The notes beneath the pieces are model-generated. The model was not told the origin of the DNA. It ran no database searches and saw nothing but the letters and a program-made list of their open reading frames with translations. From the NCBI GenBank assembly GCA_964507955.1, contig CAZDRR010000001.1, positions 66,650 to 130,649 on the forward strand: a stretch of DNA of 64,000 bases, in the 5' to 3' direction. This document shows, piece by piece, positions 47,911-57,599 of the stretch. The first letter of the stretch is position 1. Each line of letters begins with the position of its first letter. Both the position numbers and the translations under genes were made by a program. This DNA is from an uncultured Candidatus Saccharibacteria bacterium (GTDB taxonomy: Bacteria; Patescibacteriota; Minisyncoccia; Phycocordibacterales; JAACPR01).

Positions 47911-48537
47911 TTAGTCTATATACACTCTCAAATCTCCCAAATTGAAAGATTTGTTTTGGATGTTTTCCAAAAATTGTTTGCAGGCGCGATTGATATTGTA
48001 TCCTTTGTTCGAATATTTCACCAAACGTTTCATTGTCGCTACAGGAAAAGAAACATCATGAATGGACAAATATTTTGTCTTTACGTCTCGCGCAAATTGT
48101 AAGGGAATATAAATAAATTCCCCATCAAAAGCACATCGTCCTGCATTAATGTCAAATTGATTAATTACTTCGTCTGGAGTCCCAGCCGTTTCAAGAATTA
48201 ATTGAACCTTCATTTCCCCCTTTTTATAAGTGAATAGTTTGCCTTCGGGGCATTCAAAAATAAGATCAAAATTTTCTTTTTCAAGAATCTCCCTGACTTC
48301 AATTACTCTAGCGGGAAGAACAGGCTGAAAAACATCCTGATCGACAGGTTGATACATTAATTGCCCATTAAAAAACAAATCAAAATCACAGACTTCTTCA
48401 TCATTAATCAGGGTCCTTAAAGAACCTCCCGCGAGAAAACAACCATTACCCAATACCCCCAAAACCCACAACGGAGCGATTTTTGAGAATCTTGACTTGC
48501 GGATATGTGTCGCAGGAATTTTAAAAATTTTAGACAT
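47911..48537 (-). CDS. nucleotidyltransferase of the Pol-beta superfamily (CCA-adding / tRNA-NTase head-domain-like)
   Basis: FLAGGSLRTLINDEEVCDFDLFF matches the GGxVRD...DxD signature. Confidence 0.4.
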   Translation of the reverse strand: MSKIFKIPATHIRKSRFSKIAPLWVLGVLGNGCFLAGGSLRTLINDEEVCDFDLFFNGQLMYQPVDQDVFQPVLPARVIEVREILEKENFDLIFECPEGKLFTYKKGEMKVQLILETAGTPDEVINQFDINAGRCAFDGEFIYIPLQFARDVKTKYLSIHDVSFPVATMKRLVKYSNKGYNINRACKQFLENIQNKSFNLGDLRVYID

Positions 48538-48591
48538 TTTGACAGTATTTGTTTCTGTTTCCCATCAATTTTTTGTTGTGTAACCTTTTAT

Positions 48592-49320
48592 ATGAAAAAG
48601 TGTTCGTGTTGTCAAGAAGAAAAAAATATTGAAGAATTTTATAAACAAAAAACTTCAAAAGATGGTTTGATGAGTATTTGTAAAAAATGTAGCCGAATTA
48701 AATCGAAAAAATATCATCAAGAAAACAAAGAATTAATTCGTAAAAACAAAAAAGAATATCGACAAAAGAAAATTGACGAAATTAAAACAAAAGATAAAAT
48801 CCGCCATCAATTAAAACGAGAAGTAAAAATTGAAAAATATTTTCAAAATAGGGAGGAAATTTTAATTAAAAAACGGGCGAATTATCATTCTGCGAAAGAA
48901 CATCATAGAGAACTCGCTAGAAAAAGATACCACAGAAGAAAATTAAACAATCCACAAGGAATAATTAAAACAAGGAAGGATTTTTATTTGAGACATAAAG
49001 ACGAACCAGAATATAAACTTATGAAATCAATTCGTTGGGGATTAGCAAGAATATCTAAAAATTTAAAAAAGAATAAAAAACTTCGGTCTATAGAATATTT
49101 AGGATGTTCTCTTGAAGAATTCAAGGAATATATAGAAAAACTTTGGGAAGAAGGAATGTCTTGGGAAAATTATGGATTATACGGTTGGCATATTGACCAT
49201 ATAATTCCTTTAGATTGGTTTTTAAAAAATGATCAAAACCCTTGGAAAGCAAATCATTATACAAATTTGCAACCTATGTGGGCGAAAGAAAATTTATCCA
49301 AAGGTAATAAATTTGATTAA
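48592..49320 (+). CDS. HNH homing endonuclease, zinc-ribbon plus GWHIDHI family (paralogue A)
   Basis: Start taken at MKKCSCCQ. The C-terminus (LGCSLEEFKEYIEKLWEEGMSWENYGLYGWHIDHIIPL...NLQPMWAKENLSKGNKF) is paralogous to the 50280..50930 gene. Confidence 0.55.
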   Translation: MKKCSCCQEEKNIEEFYKQKTSKDGLMSICKKCSRIKSKKYHQENKELIRKNKKEYRQKKIDEIKTKDKIRHQLKREVKIEKYFQNREEILIKKRANYHSAKEHHRELARKRYHRRKLNNPQGIIKTRKDFYLRHKDEPEYKLMKSIRWGLARISKNLKKNKKLRSIEYLGCSLEEFKEYIEKLWEEGMSWENYGLYGWHIDHIIPLDWFLKNDQNPWKANHYTNLQPMWAKENLSKGNKFD

Positions 49321-50258
49321 GTTTGGCAATATTTGTGATAGAAACGAACACCATCGGCACTTAATTTTCTTTTTCCATCGACTTGAAGCAAGCCTTTTTT
49401 GAACAAAATTTTCTCATAATCCTTTTGAATTACCGAGCGTTCAAATCCAGAAATACTGGAAAGAGCATTTAGGCTTGATTCTCCACGTTTTCCAAGAATT
49501 TTAACCAAAATAAGTTCTGCCGCAGAAAGACCAAAAGGATTAATTCCCATTGTTTTACAAAAATCGTTCCATGTGGACAAATTAATTTTCTGTTTTTTAA
49601 TCGCGGAAACGTAGGTTTTTAAATCTTCGGCTTTCACAACAGCATCTCGGGGGTTGCCTCTGAATGTGGAAATGATTGCTTCGCGGGCGTTTGGTTCAAT
49701 TTCAACCTTGAATTCCAAATTCTTTTCGAAAATCTCAAATAATTCTTCTGGTTTATAGTCTTCAAGAACGATATTTCTCAAACGATCACGAAGAGGTTCG
49801 CAAAGTTTTTGTTGATCGGTTGTGGAACCCCCAAAACTAATTTTTGTAAAATCAAATTGGTAATCCAAACCTCCATGAGAAATTGTTCGGATGGGCGATT
49901 TCTCTACATTAAAAATGGACAGAAATAATTGTTGAAGATCTTTTGGCGTATTATGAAATTCGTCTGCGAACAAAAAACATTCATTGCTTACCCACACAGG
50001 ATAAACTTGTTCAAAAAAAGCATCTGCATTTTTTATGCTCGCCATATTTACTTCCAATATCGCTGGTTTTTTCCCGTCAGGCTTTACTAAAGCCGCTCGA
50101 AAAGTTTTCGCCAGATGCGTCTTTCCTTGACCCTTGCCTCCTAAAAAATTTAAAAAGGGCAAGCGTGAAGTTTGTCGAAACGAATCAATATAAAGCGAAA
50201 GAGTCTGTTTAGGGGCATTCTGTCCAATAATATCGTCAAAGGCAGGATTCGTTGTCAT
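49317..50258 (-). CDS. AAA+ ATPase (clamp-loader / RuvB-like)
   Basis: Walker A GGKGQGKTHLAK; Walker B FADEFH; sensor-2-like GNPRDAV. Confidence 0.45.
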   Translation of the reverse strand: MTTNPAFDDIIGQNAPKQTLSLYIDSFRQTSRLPFLNFLGGKGQGKTHLAKTFRAALVKPDGKKPAILEVNMASIKNADAFFEQVYPVWVSNECFLFADEFHNTPKDLQQLFLSIFNVEKSPIRTISHGGLDYQFDFTKISFGGSTTDQQKLCEPLRDRLRNIVLEDYKPEELFEIFEKNLEFKVEIEPNAREAIISTFRGNPRDAVVKAEDLKTYVSAIKKQKINLSTWNDFCKTMGINPFGLSAAELILVKILGKRGESSLNALSSISGFERSVIQKDYEKILFKKGLLQVDGKRKLSADGVRFYHKYCQT

Positions 50259-50279
50259 TGAATCGAGATTACCCCCTTT

Positions 50280-50930
50280 TTAATCTAAGTCAAGATCTTT
50301 TTCATCAAATTTCGCTCCTTTTCGAATATTTTCTGCCCACCATAAAGGTTGAAGGTTTGTGTAATGGAAACATTTTTTTTGTTCTTCTAAATCTAAAAGA
50401 TTAAAAGCTGCGCACGGCTTGATATGGTCAATATGCCAACCGAATTTGCCATAATTTTCCCATGTCATACCTTCCTGAAAAAGAGATTCTAAATAAATTT
50501 TTAATTCTTCAAGAGAACATCCTAATAGTTCAAGTGTTGACTGAGATTTGTATTCCTTAATAATGGTGTTATATAATCGGCATCTTAAACTATTTATTAT
50601 ACGATATAGAGAATCTTCTTTTCTTTTTCTAGCGCGGTAAGCGTGCTTTGTCAACAAAAATTTTTCAGGATTTTTTTCTTTCCATTTTTTATTATAAATA
50701 CGCCTTTCTTCTCTTCGTTTAATTCTTTGTAGTCGATGATAGTCGGGATTCTTTGCCAACCAATTTTCAGTCATTTCTTTACAACAAGATTTGCAAGAAT
50801 TTTTGTTTTTAGAAAAATCTGCTAAATTTAAAATTTTTTCACATCGAGAACATTTTTTTAATCCTTGTTCTTTTAATTCTTGAATTATTTTGCGCGACAG
50901 AGGGCTTTTTCGTGATTTTTTCTCGCTCAT
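50280..50930 (-). CDS. HNH homing endonuclease, zinc-ribbon plus GWHIDHI family (paralogue B)
   Basis: CSRCEKILNLADFSKNKNSCKSCC...LGCSLEELKIYLESLFQEGMTWENYGKFGWHIDHIKP...NLQPLWWAENIRKGAKF. Confidence 0.55.
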   Translation of the reverse strand: MSEKKSRKSPLSRKIIQELKEQGLKKCSRCEKILNLADFSKNKNSCKSCCKEMTENWLAKNPDYHRLQRIKRREERRIYNKKWKEKNPEKFLLTKHAYRARKRKEDSLYRIINSLRCRLYNTIIKEYKSQSTLELLGCSLEELKIYLESLFQEGMTWENYGKFGWHIDHIKPCAAFNLLDLEEQKKCFHYTNLQPLWWAENIRKGAKFDEKDLDLD

Positions 50931-51198
50931 GTTTATTTTTACACCGAAAAGAAGGATTTACCTTCTCGGAGAGGGAAAATCTTTAATTTTGCTGTTGACA
51001 TTGGGGGGAAATCGGGTATTTTGAGGGCATGAACGATTGGTCCTACTTTCCGAACGATGACGGTTTATACAAAGATATTTTTAGAAATTATAAGCCTCTC
51101 AAACTTAAAATTTTTGAAGGAGATTTTGGCAAAAATCAGCGCCAACGTCGAAAAAATGCCCGTCGTCGTTTCGCGGCAGGCTGCAAGAAGGTTTTTGC

Positions 51199-51435
51199 AT
51201 GAAACTTTGTATTCCATACTCTAAATCTGTCGTTCACTTTCCTTTAGATAAGGATTTGCCACTTGATGAACAAGTTTGCCATTACGATTTCCAAGCAGAA
51301 GTCGAGGCTATTTACCCCAAAAAAAACAAAGTAGTTTTATCGTTCAAAAACGAAATGAACAAGAAAGAAAAAATAGAAATCTCTTTTGATCAATTTTCTA
51401 AATACTTCAATATAGAAAAAAAAGAATATGTGTGA
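51199..51435 (+). CDS. hypothetical protein
   Basis: A 78 aa ORF, first gene of the + strand small-gene cluster. Confidence 0.3.
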   Translation: MKLCIPYSKSVVHFPLDKDLPLDEQVCHYDFQAEVEAIYPKKNKVVLSFKNEMNKKEKIEISFDQFSKYFNIEKKEYV

Positions 51436-51904
51436 CTTCATTTTAAAAAGAAACATTCCCCAATCCAAAATTCCCAAGCTTGTTTACAAACGTGTTCAAA
51501 AAGTGGGGCCAAACAATTATATTTCTCCAGTTATGGGGGAACCTATCCCGTTTGATAGATGGGTAAAAGCCCCTGATCTTAAAAAGAAATTTAATAGAAA
51601 ATCTTTTGGATGGCAAAGTCTGGTAAAATTTATAAAGCGGAAATACCCCAAAAAAGGATGGGCTAATTCTTCGGCCTACACTTCAAAACATGTAGGAAAA
51701 TGGGGAGTTTTTAAATATAAAAAGGATGCTATTGCTGCGGACTTGACTAGTAATTTTGAAAATCCAAAAACATTCAAGATATTTCCTACTGTAATTGTAA
51801 AATGCGAAATTAAAGGTTCTGTTGATGAAGGGAGTTATAATGGATTCCCAACATACTTAGCTTCACATCTGAAAATCGTAGCCGAAGTCGGCAAAGCATC
51901 ATGA
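51428..51904 (+). CDS. hypothetical protein
   Basis: A 158 aa ORF whose start overlaps the upstream stop. Confidence 0.35.
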   Translation: MCDFILKRNIPQSKIPKLVYKRVQKVGPNNYISPVMGEPIPFDRWVKAPDLKKKFNRKSFGWQSLVKFIKRKYPKKGWANSSAYTSKHVGKWGVFKYKKDAIAADLTSNFENPKTFKIFPTVIVKCEIKGSVDEGSYNGFPTYLASHLKIVAEVGKAS

Positions 51905-52110
51905 AACAGACTTTCGCAGAGTGGGCTTTTGAGCGAATTAACAAAGGATATTCACTTTATTCCATCAAAGGCCCTCCTCCATATCCAATGTTTGACTCAG
52001 ATGGATTTCCCGTCAAGAAAATCAATTTAAAATGGGTTTGCAAAGAAACTCAGGAAGAATTTTTAATGGAATATCCAAAAAGTCTTGACGAACCCGAGAT
52101 AAAAGCTTAG
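51901..52110 (+). CDS. hypothetical protein
   Basis: A 69 aa ORF with an ATGA start/stop overlap. Confidence 0.3.
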   Translation: MKQTFAEWAFERINKGYSLYSIKGPPPYPMFDSDGFPVKKINLKWVCKETQEEFLMEYPKSLDEPEIKA

Positions 52111-52118
52111 AAGTATGC

Positions 52119-52469
52119 ATGTCAATTAATGAAGCTATCGACTTGCTGAGACGAAAGGGAATCAGAGTTTTCCGCATTAATAGAACTCAATTTAAAGTCC
52201 GTGATATGAGCGGAGAATATTGGGAAAATTATTATGGAAGTTATTTTTTTCGCAAAACGCGAGAGTTTTGGGCAGGTAGAGATATTATCAAACTCGCTCA
52301 ATCTTATACCGATAGCACTCAACAAACATGCTTGCATAGAAACGTCAAACAATCTTCAAGATCAAAAAATCGTCCTGCGACTCGCGATGCGATTCGAACA
52401 GGAGAATTCGACAAAATTCCAGACAAAAATCGTCCTGTAAAGCGGGGGAACCCGTGGGATTGGGACTAA
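52119..52469 (+). CDS. hypothetical basic protein
   Basis: A 116 aa ORF. Confidence 0.3.
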   Translation: MSINEAIDLLRRKGIRVFRINRTQFKVRDMSGEYWENYYGSYFFRKTREFWAGRDIIKLAQSYTDSTQQTCLHRNVKQSSRSKNRPATRDAIRTGEFDKIPDKNRPVKRGNPWDWD

Positions 52470-52481
52470 AAAATAAACAAT

Positions 52482-52922
52482 ATGCCATATCATCCAGACT
52501 TTAAAAACTCTCACGGGGAGGGAATTGACCTTCATGTTCTTGTTTTTACCCGCCCGAATCTTCGTAGCGACGAATATCAAGTTTACATGGGTAAATCTAT
52601 TATCGAAAACCTTTTCGATAAAGTGCAAGTAGATGAGAAGACAAAGGAAATTTTCTTGCAATATCCTGAGCGTTGGTGCAATATTCTGGAACAAAGAAAA
52701 ATTCTCCATAGAATCACCCTTCTTTATCCGAATATTCAAAAAGTAACAATTGTAACTCACTCCGTTTACATTATTCAATGCACTCATCATGAACAAATTG
52801 GAATTTGCGATCAGGATTTGCAAAAAGAATATTTTGAAATGATGGATAAGGATGATACATTGGAGACAAGATACTGTCCTCCATTTAAAGAAAACGCAGG
52901 GCTACAAATTTTTACAGCATGA
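52482..52922 (+). CDS. hypothetical protein
   Basis: A 146 aa ORF. Confidence 0.3.
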   Translation: MPYHPDFKNSHGEGIDLHVLVFTRPNLRSDEYQVYMGKSIIENLFDKVQVDEKTKEIFLQYPERWCNILEQRKILHRITLLYPNIQKVTIVTHSVYIIQCTHHEQIGICDQDLQKEYFEMMDKDDTLETRYCPPFKENAGLQIFTA

Positions 52923-53419
52923 AACACGTTATTAATCTACCCCGAGTAGCCGTAAGGAATTGGGCTATTGATGCCCCAAAAAATACAATTTGGATTTCTA
53001 TTTCAGAACCAGATTCATTAAATTCCGTAGTATCTAATGAAGAATTGGATAAATTACCAAAATTATCTTTGAGTTTTTGGGATTTGACAAGTCCAGCAGA
53101 ACATAACGGGGAAATGCTTTATCCTCCAAGCGATTCCGTTGCTAAAACAATAGTGGACTTCATTCTTTCTCATCCTGATCAAAATATTTTAGTTAATTGC
53201 GCTGCGGGAGTTTCGCGTAGTGGGGCTGTAGCTCAATTCTGCGAAGACTTTTTGGGGTATCATTGGCTCGCACAAGGAAAACAGTGTGCTATGCCAAATC
53301 ATGTCCTTTACGGGCTAATGCGCGATTACTACAAGTCAACCGAAAGAATTGAAAAGCACAGTAAAACCGTGAAGTCGGCTTATGAGATTGCTTTGGATAA
53401 AATTCAAGAGAAGTCTTGA
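52919..53419 (+). CDS. protein tyrosine / dual-specificity phosphatase
   Basis: CX5R P-loop VNCAAGVSRSG. Confidence 0.5.
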   Translation: MKHVINLPRVAVRNWAIDAPKNTIWISISEPDSLNSVVSNEELDKLPKLSLSFWDLTSPAEHNGEMLYPPSDSVAKTIVDFILSHPDQNILVNCAAGVSRSGAVAQFCEDFLGYHWLAQGKQCAMPNHVLYGLMRDYYKSTERIEKHSKTVKSAYEIALDKIQEKS

Positions 53420-53449
53420 CATAGGGGATTTTTAAATCATAATGCGCTC

Positions 53450-54124
53450 ATGCAAATTGACCCCACAAAGATCACGAACTTTAACCGCACAGATTCGGAG
53501 CTTCAAGCTTTTTGGATTTTTGGATGCATTGTTGCTGGCAAAAATTCCGATTATGCCGCCAAGGTTCTTGCTCGATTATTGAATCGTTGCGACACCACAC
53601 CGTTTGAATATTTTCGTGATCTTGGAGAAGCAGGTATTCGTAATGCTTTGGTGGCCGCACGTTCTGGCAATTATACCAGAATCACTCGTTTTATTGTAGA
53701 ATCGCTGGATTTGGATTTGCGAACAGCGTCCAAGGATCAATTGATGAAGGTTTTTGGTGTTGGCCCCAAGACTGTGAGAATGTTTCTTCTCCATACTCGT
53801 CCGAATGTTGAGTGTGCGGTTCTGGATACTCATATTCTTAAATATCTGGCAGAAAAGAAACAATGCGTTCCTTCTCAAACTCCCTCTAGTTTAAAGCAAT
53901 ACGATGAACTGGAAAAGGACTTTCTATATTATGCGAAAGTAGATTTCCCTTTTATGTCCATCGCTGATATTGATTTGATGCTTTGGATGAAATATAGTGG
54001 GCGTTTGGATAATGATATTGTCGAGCCTGAGCTTCCTGCCTCTTCTGCTTTAACATTGGAGGATGTATCGAACAGCATATCAAGATATTGTAGAAAAATT
54101 ATTGAATTTGGAAAGACAACTTGA
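53450..54124 (+). CDS. HhH-GPD base-excision DNA glycosylase (endonuclease III-like)
   Basis: Helix-hairpin-helix VFGVGPKTVRMFL, followed by the catalytic-Asp region AVLDTHILKYL. Preceded by TTGACA-N17-CATAAT. Confidence 0.5.
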   Translation: MQIDPTKITNFNRTDSELQAFWIFGCIVAGKNSDYAAKVLARLLNRCDTTPFEYFRDLGEAGIRNALVAARSGNYTRITRFIVESLDLDLRTASKDQLMKVFGVGPKTVRMFLLHTRPNVECAVLDTHILKYLAEKKQCVPSQTPSSLKQYDELEKDFLYYAKVDFPFMSIADIDLMLWMKYSGRLDNDIVEPELPASSALTLEDVSNSISRYCRKIIEFGKTT

Positions 54125-54504
54125 CGAATAAAATGAACGATCCACTTTTAGAGCTTGAAGAAAAAACCGTTTTTAAATTTTTCGGAGAAACAAAATTAAC
54201 TTGCCGACATGAAGATTACTCTCATTATGTCTCGGATGATTATTCAATTTCTGCCAACCAATTCGCAGATCAAATTCTTTTTTCTGTAGATTTGAATTCC
54301 TGCTTTAATAAGGACAGTCAATGTCCGATTCACTTTGTCGTTTCCCTATATGAACCTATGAGCAGAAGAAAGGAAAAGCGCATTTTCGAAGCTTTGAATT
54401 TTTTGAAGAGGAATGAAAAAAAGGCTGGACATTTCTTGGGGGAAATGCAAGGATTTGACGATCTGAGCGGCAGTGTAAGAACCGCTTTCTACAAACAACA
54501 ATAA
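54121..54504 (+). CDS. hypothetical protein
   Basis: A 127 aa ORF. Confidence 0.3.
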   Translation: MTNKMNDPLLELEEKTVFKFFGETKLTCRHEDYSHYVSDDYSISANQFADQILFSVDLNSCFNKDSQCPIHFVVSLYEPMSRRKEKRIFEALNFLKRNEKKAGHFLGEMQGFDDLSGSVRTAFYKQQ

Positions 54505-54509
54505 AACAA

Positions 54510-54818
54510 ATGAGAACACGAAAGACATACTTGAGAAATCCGTTTACCAACAAACCGTTTGGTGTTGCGGTCTTGATTAACAACAATGGAGATTATCGTT
54601 TTGGTTACTCTCTCTGTAACCCGAATGACCAATTCGACAAAAAGAGGGGAACAAAAATTGCTTTGGGCAGGGCAAACTGCACGAAGTTTGGCGAGGATCA
54701 GGTGATTCTTCCAGTCGTTCCTCTGCGCCGTATGGTGATTGTCGATACATTCAGGCAATTGGTTCATGACGAAGATGCTTATTGCCAACGTCAAGCTCAA
54801 GCGGGAGTTCCCGCGTAA
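54510..54818 (+). CDS. hypothetical protein
   Basis: A 102 aa ORF. Confidence 0.3.
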   Translation: MRTRKTYLRNPFTNKPFGVAVLINNNGDYRFGYSLCNPNDQFDKKRGTKIALGRANCTKFGEDQVILPVVPLRRMVIVDTFRQLVHDEDAYCQRQAQAGVPA

Positions 54819-54866
54819 AGCCCCAAACATTCTGGTGCGGGGAAACCCGCGCCAGAATACGCTGTT

Positions 54867-55091
54867 ATGAACTGGATTAAATCACACAAATATCTTATCA
54901 GTTTTTGGATAGGTTATCTATTCATTCTTTTTGGATTTTTTCTTGCTGTGCCTAGTTGGGAATTTTTGAAATATCCACCGACATATATTCTAATAGGCAT
55001 AGCAATTATTTTTACGACTTTTGCGATTTGGTTTGATAAGCCTATGGATAGAGGCATAGATAGAATGGATAATCACGATGATTACTATTAA
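54867..55091 (+). CDS. small membrane protein
   Basis: A 74 aa ORF with two hydrophobic helices. Confidence 0.3.
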   Translation: MNWIKSHKYLISFWIGYLFILFGFFLAVPSWEFLKYPPTYILIGIAIIFTTFAIWFDKPMDRGIDRMDNHDDYY

Positions 55092-55551
55092 AGGAAATAT
55101 TTTTGACGGCACTTGGGATGTATTCATGCATTGCTGCAATACGGAATGCACTTGGGGAGCGGGTATTGTAGTCCCACTCAAAAAGCTTTATCCACAAGCC
55201 TACAAAGCGGACAAAACAACAGAATCAATGGGCGAAGACAAATTAGCCCTTTATTCTTATGCCGACGTAAATAACCAAAGAATTTATAATCTTTATGCCC
55301 AAGTTGGCATTGGGAACGACGGTCAACCTTTGAATAGAAATCTACAGTATGATTATCTTTATGATTCTATGTTTAGGGCATTGTTTCATCTCTCGCAGAC
55401 CAAAAATTTGCCAAAAGATCGAAAACTTGTGGTTGCGACTCCGCTCATTGGTGGAGGACTGGCGGGCGGATCACGGGAAATCATCATTGCCATTATGAAT
55501 GACGTTTTCAAGCATTATCCACAATTCGAACATCATCTATACGAACTATGA
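55078..55551 (+). CDS. macro-domain-like protein (putative ADP-ribose-binding / hydrolase)
   Basis: ITIKGNIFDG...VFMHCCNTECTWGAGIV resembles the macro-domain N-terminal Gly-rich pocket. Confidence 0.3.
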   Translation: MITIKGNIFDGTWDVFMHCCNTECTWGAGIVVPLKKLYPQAYKADKTTESMGEDKLALYSYADVNNQRIYNLYAQVGIGNDGQPLNRNLQYDYLYDSMFRALFHLSQTKNLPKDRKLVVATPLIGGGLAGGSREIIIAIMNDVFKHYPQFEHHLYEL

Positions 55552-55748
55552 AATTCAAACTTTTAGAAGATTATCTTAGTCTCGCAGAAGGGACTATCGT
55601 TTACGAATACAATGGTCCGACTTACGGAATGATTGAAGACGATAGTTGCATTTTGCAAGAGGAATGCGTTGCAGTAACGGAAAAAAAAGGAAAGACTCCC
55701 TTTGTTATTATCCCTCTTTCCAAGCTTGAATTTTTAGAAAATTCTTGA
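55548..55748 (+). CDS. hypothetical protein
   Basis: A 66 aa ORF. Confidence 0.25.
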   Translation: MKFKLLEDYLSLAEGTIVYEYNGPTYGMIEDDSCILQEECVAVTEKKGKTPFVIIPLSKLEFLENS

Positions 55749-55754
55749 CTCTTA

Positions 55755-55979
55755 GTGGGAAATTGCTATGGTTCCTACATGAATGAACGCTTTGAAGAAA
55801 CTCCAACATCCGTAATTTTCAAACGAACGAACAAAATTTTCCATAGAAGTTTCATCCGCACTTATCAAATGAGGACAATTCCTGAAATCCGTCGCAAAGC
55901 GTCGAAATTTTGGGGTAATGCCCAACAAGACGAAATTATCCACTATTTGAAAGAAAAAGGTCTGACAATTCAAAATTAA
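55755..55979 (+). CDS. hypothetical protein
   Basis: A 74 aa ORF. Confidence 0.25.
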   Translation: MGNCYGSYMNERFEETPTSVIFKRTNKIFHRSFIRTYQMRTIPEIRRKASKFWGNAQQDEIIHYLKEKGLTIQN

Positions 55980-55984
55980 TAAAT

Positions 55985-56410
55985 ATGAACAAAGAAGAAC
56001 TAATGACTAAAGTTGTTGAATGGACTGGCGAAACCGCCGAAAAGATTGGTGATTTTGCCGCAAAGGAAATCCCCCCATTCATTCATGAATATCTCCAGTG
56101 GAAGTTTTGGGAAAATGCTATTGGGGTTGGGTTTTACTTGATTCTTATTCCCATTTTTATTGCTGCGGTCATTGGACTTTACAAAGCAATTCAAACAATG
56201 TGGAAGAAAAAAAAGGAAAATCCATATAGCGATTGGGAAGTTCCTGCAACGTTATTGACTATTTTTGGGGGTATAGGTGCTATAGGACTGTTTATTATTG
56301 GGATTAGCAACTTCCCAACTGATAAAATTCTTGACTGTGTTCAAATCAAACTTGCACCGAAAGTCTATTTGATTCAACAAGCTTCTGAAATCATTAAAGA
56401 AAACAAGTAA
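55985..56410 (+). CDS. membrane protein
   Basis: A 141 aa ORF with two long hydrophobic segments. Confidence 0.3.
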   Translation: MNKEELMTKVVEWTGETAEKIGDFAAKEIPPFIHEYLQWKFWENAIGVGFYLILIPIFIAAVIGLYKAIQTMWKKKKENPYSDWEVPATLLTIFGGIGAIGLFIIGISNFPTDKILDCVQIKLAPKVYLIQQASEIIKENK

Positions 56411-56541
56411 TTATGACATGGTATGAAAAGAACCAAACATCCAGAAGATTTAGGGAAGTCGTGGGACCACTTATCGGTAAACATTCAAGATATTTTTTCC
56501 AATAACGAAGGATCAGAAAAAGAACTATTCACAAAAATATC

Positions 56542-56886
56542 ATGATTGACTTAAATAAAAAATACAAAACAAGAGATGGGCTCAAGGTTGAATTGCTTGG
56601 GTTCTCAAAGGATGAGGTTTATCCCTTGATGGGTTCTATTGAAATAGATGGAAAGTGGTATAATAAAACATGGACTAAGGAAGGTAAAATATTTATTGGG
56701 GAGAATTTTGCTACTGATCTTGTCGAAATCCCAAAGGATAAAAGAGTTGAATTAGACGGAACCAACAAAGCTTTTATTTATCAAGATGGAAGTATGAATA
56801 TTAGCGAAGGAGAGCTTATTGTTGCTTCTATTTCTCGCGATTCTATGAAGAGGTTGATGCAAGCTTACAAGGAAATGATGGAATGA
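56542..56886 (+). CDS. hypothetical protein
   Basis: A 114 aa ORF. Confidence 0.3.
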   Translation: MIDLNKKYKTRDGLKVELLGFSKDEVYPLMGSIEIDGKWYNKTWTKEGKIFIGENFATDLVEIPKDKRVELDGTNKAFIYQDGSMNISEGELIVASISRDSMKRLMQAYKEMME

Positions 56887-57323
56887 AAGTTAAATGTATT
56901 TCAAAAAATTATTCGCTTATTAAGCATGGTGAAGTTTTTGAAGTAAAATTTGAAGGGGAAGATTATTACGATATTATCTCCCCATATGGCACATTAGTGT
57001 ATAAAAAAGTTAATTTTGAAATTGTTATGACTCCAAAAGAAAAACTGCAAGAAGCGCAAAATACTTTAGAGAACCTTCGACAAGAATGCGAAAAGCTATC
57101 CAAGGAAATCTCTGTTTTAAAACAAGAAATTAAAGATTCCGCCAGTCCTGAAATGGGGGATCGTTATGTCAAAACTGGTGGTTGCGAATATATCGTTGCT
57201 CGATTAGATTCAGATTTGTATGCGCTCATCAATCTTCAAGATGGAAATCGTTGGTCAAATCCAACAAGTAATATTTTGGATATTTTTGCAGGATCAGAGA
57301 AGCAATTTAAAAAGAAAATTTGA
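56883..57323 (+). CDS. hypothetical protein
   Basis: A 146 aa ORF. Confidence 0.3.
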   Translation: MKVKCISKNYSLIKHGEVFEVKFEGEDYYDIISPYGTLVYKKVNFEIVMTPKEKLQEAQNTLENLRQECEKLSKEISVLKQEIKDSASPEMGDRYVKTGGCEYIVARLDSDLYALINLQDGNRWSNPTSNILDIFAGSEKQFKKKI

Positions 57324-57326
57324 TTT

Positions 57327-57563
57327 ATGGACAAACTATCAAAGTTAGGCAAACTCCAGCATAAATTCTACAATAGTGGAATGCTGGGGAATCCTATAAT
57401 TTCAGATAAAGAATTAAATTCTCTGTCCCAACAGTTGGGCGAACTTTCTTTGTATTTTAAAGACAGGCACGATTCAACCATCGCGTCTGTCTTACGCATC
57501 GAACAAGAATCCGTAGAGCGAATGATTACCGCTAGAGAAACAGCAAAGGTAATGCAATTTTGA
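57327..57563 (+). CDS. hypothetical protein
   Basis: A 78 aa ORF. Confidence 0.25.
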   Translation: MDKLSKLGKLQHKFYNSGMLGNPIISDKELNSLSQQLGELSLYFKDRHDSTIASVLRIEQESVERMITARETAKVMQF

Positions 57564-57599
57564 GAGAATAGGATAATTTGATAATAAATTATCATTCTT

